The position numbers were made by a program, and so were the translations under genes. Of a DNA stretch of 64,000 nt, positions 63,901 to 64,000 are shown in pieces; within the stretch, counting starts at the first letter, position 1; each line of letters opens with the position of its first letter. Location: positions 16,129,045-16,193,044 of the forward strand of contig NC_092680.1 of assembly GCF_964355755.1 (NCBI RefSeq). Direction: 5' to 3'. A model generated the notes under the pieces. That model worked only from the letters and a program-made list of their open reading frames with translations, ran no database searches and was not told where the DNA came from. The stretch is from Antedon mediterranea (Eukaryota > Animalia > Echinodermata).

Positions 63901-64000
63901 TTGGGGAGACCAGGGTCAACCTAAGTGAACTTAATCACTATAGCTGAGCCGGTTGACCCAACCCAAAGTCAGTTTACACATAAAAGACAAAAAACAGTTA

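Overview
Eukaryotic, AT-rich, intron-containing and transposon-dense animal DNA. The TAGGCCTA-rich low-complexity tracts suggest an invertebrate deuterostome such as an echinoderm (inference only). Three host genes can be built by hand. (1) A complete + strand immunoglobulin-superfamily receptor, join(32127..32508,33075..33320,35733..35978,37705..37950,39374..39619,40831..41094,41253..41377,41643..41687,43289..43390), 633 aa. It has a leader, a V domain, four near-identical Trp-less C2/I-type Ig repeats, a Cys-less Ig/PKD-like domain, a glycine-zipper TM and a Tyr-rich tail. (2) A divergently oriented - strand paralogue with leader+V (20136..20553) and a second V exon (12912..13223); no C or TM exons were found for it in the window. 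(3) A convergent - strand two-exon non-RD protein kinase with a tyrosine-kinase-like catalytic loop, join(57010..57080,51873..53301), about 499 aa. The rest is nested mobile DNA: non-autonomous Helitrons (including a head-to-tail dimer), Harbinger/Mutator/hAT/Kolobok/P-like TIR elements, an Academ relic, CR1-group and Tx1-like LINE relics, SINEs and satellites. The most interesting signal is the candidate invertebrate V-type Ig receptor cluster, with homogenised skippable Ig repeat exons, decayed pseudo-exons, alternative Tyr-motif tails and a neighbouring non-RD kinase. All calls are from manual reading; no database search was run.
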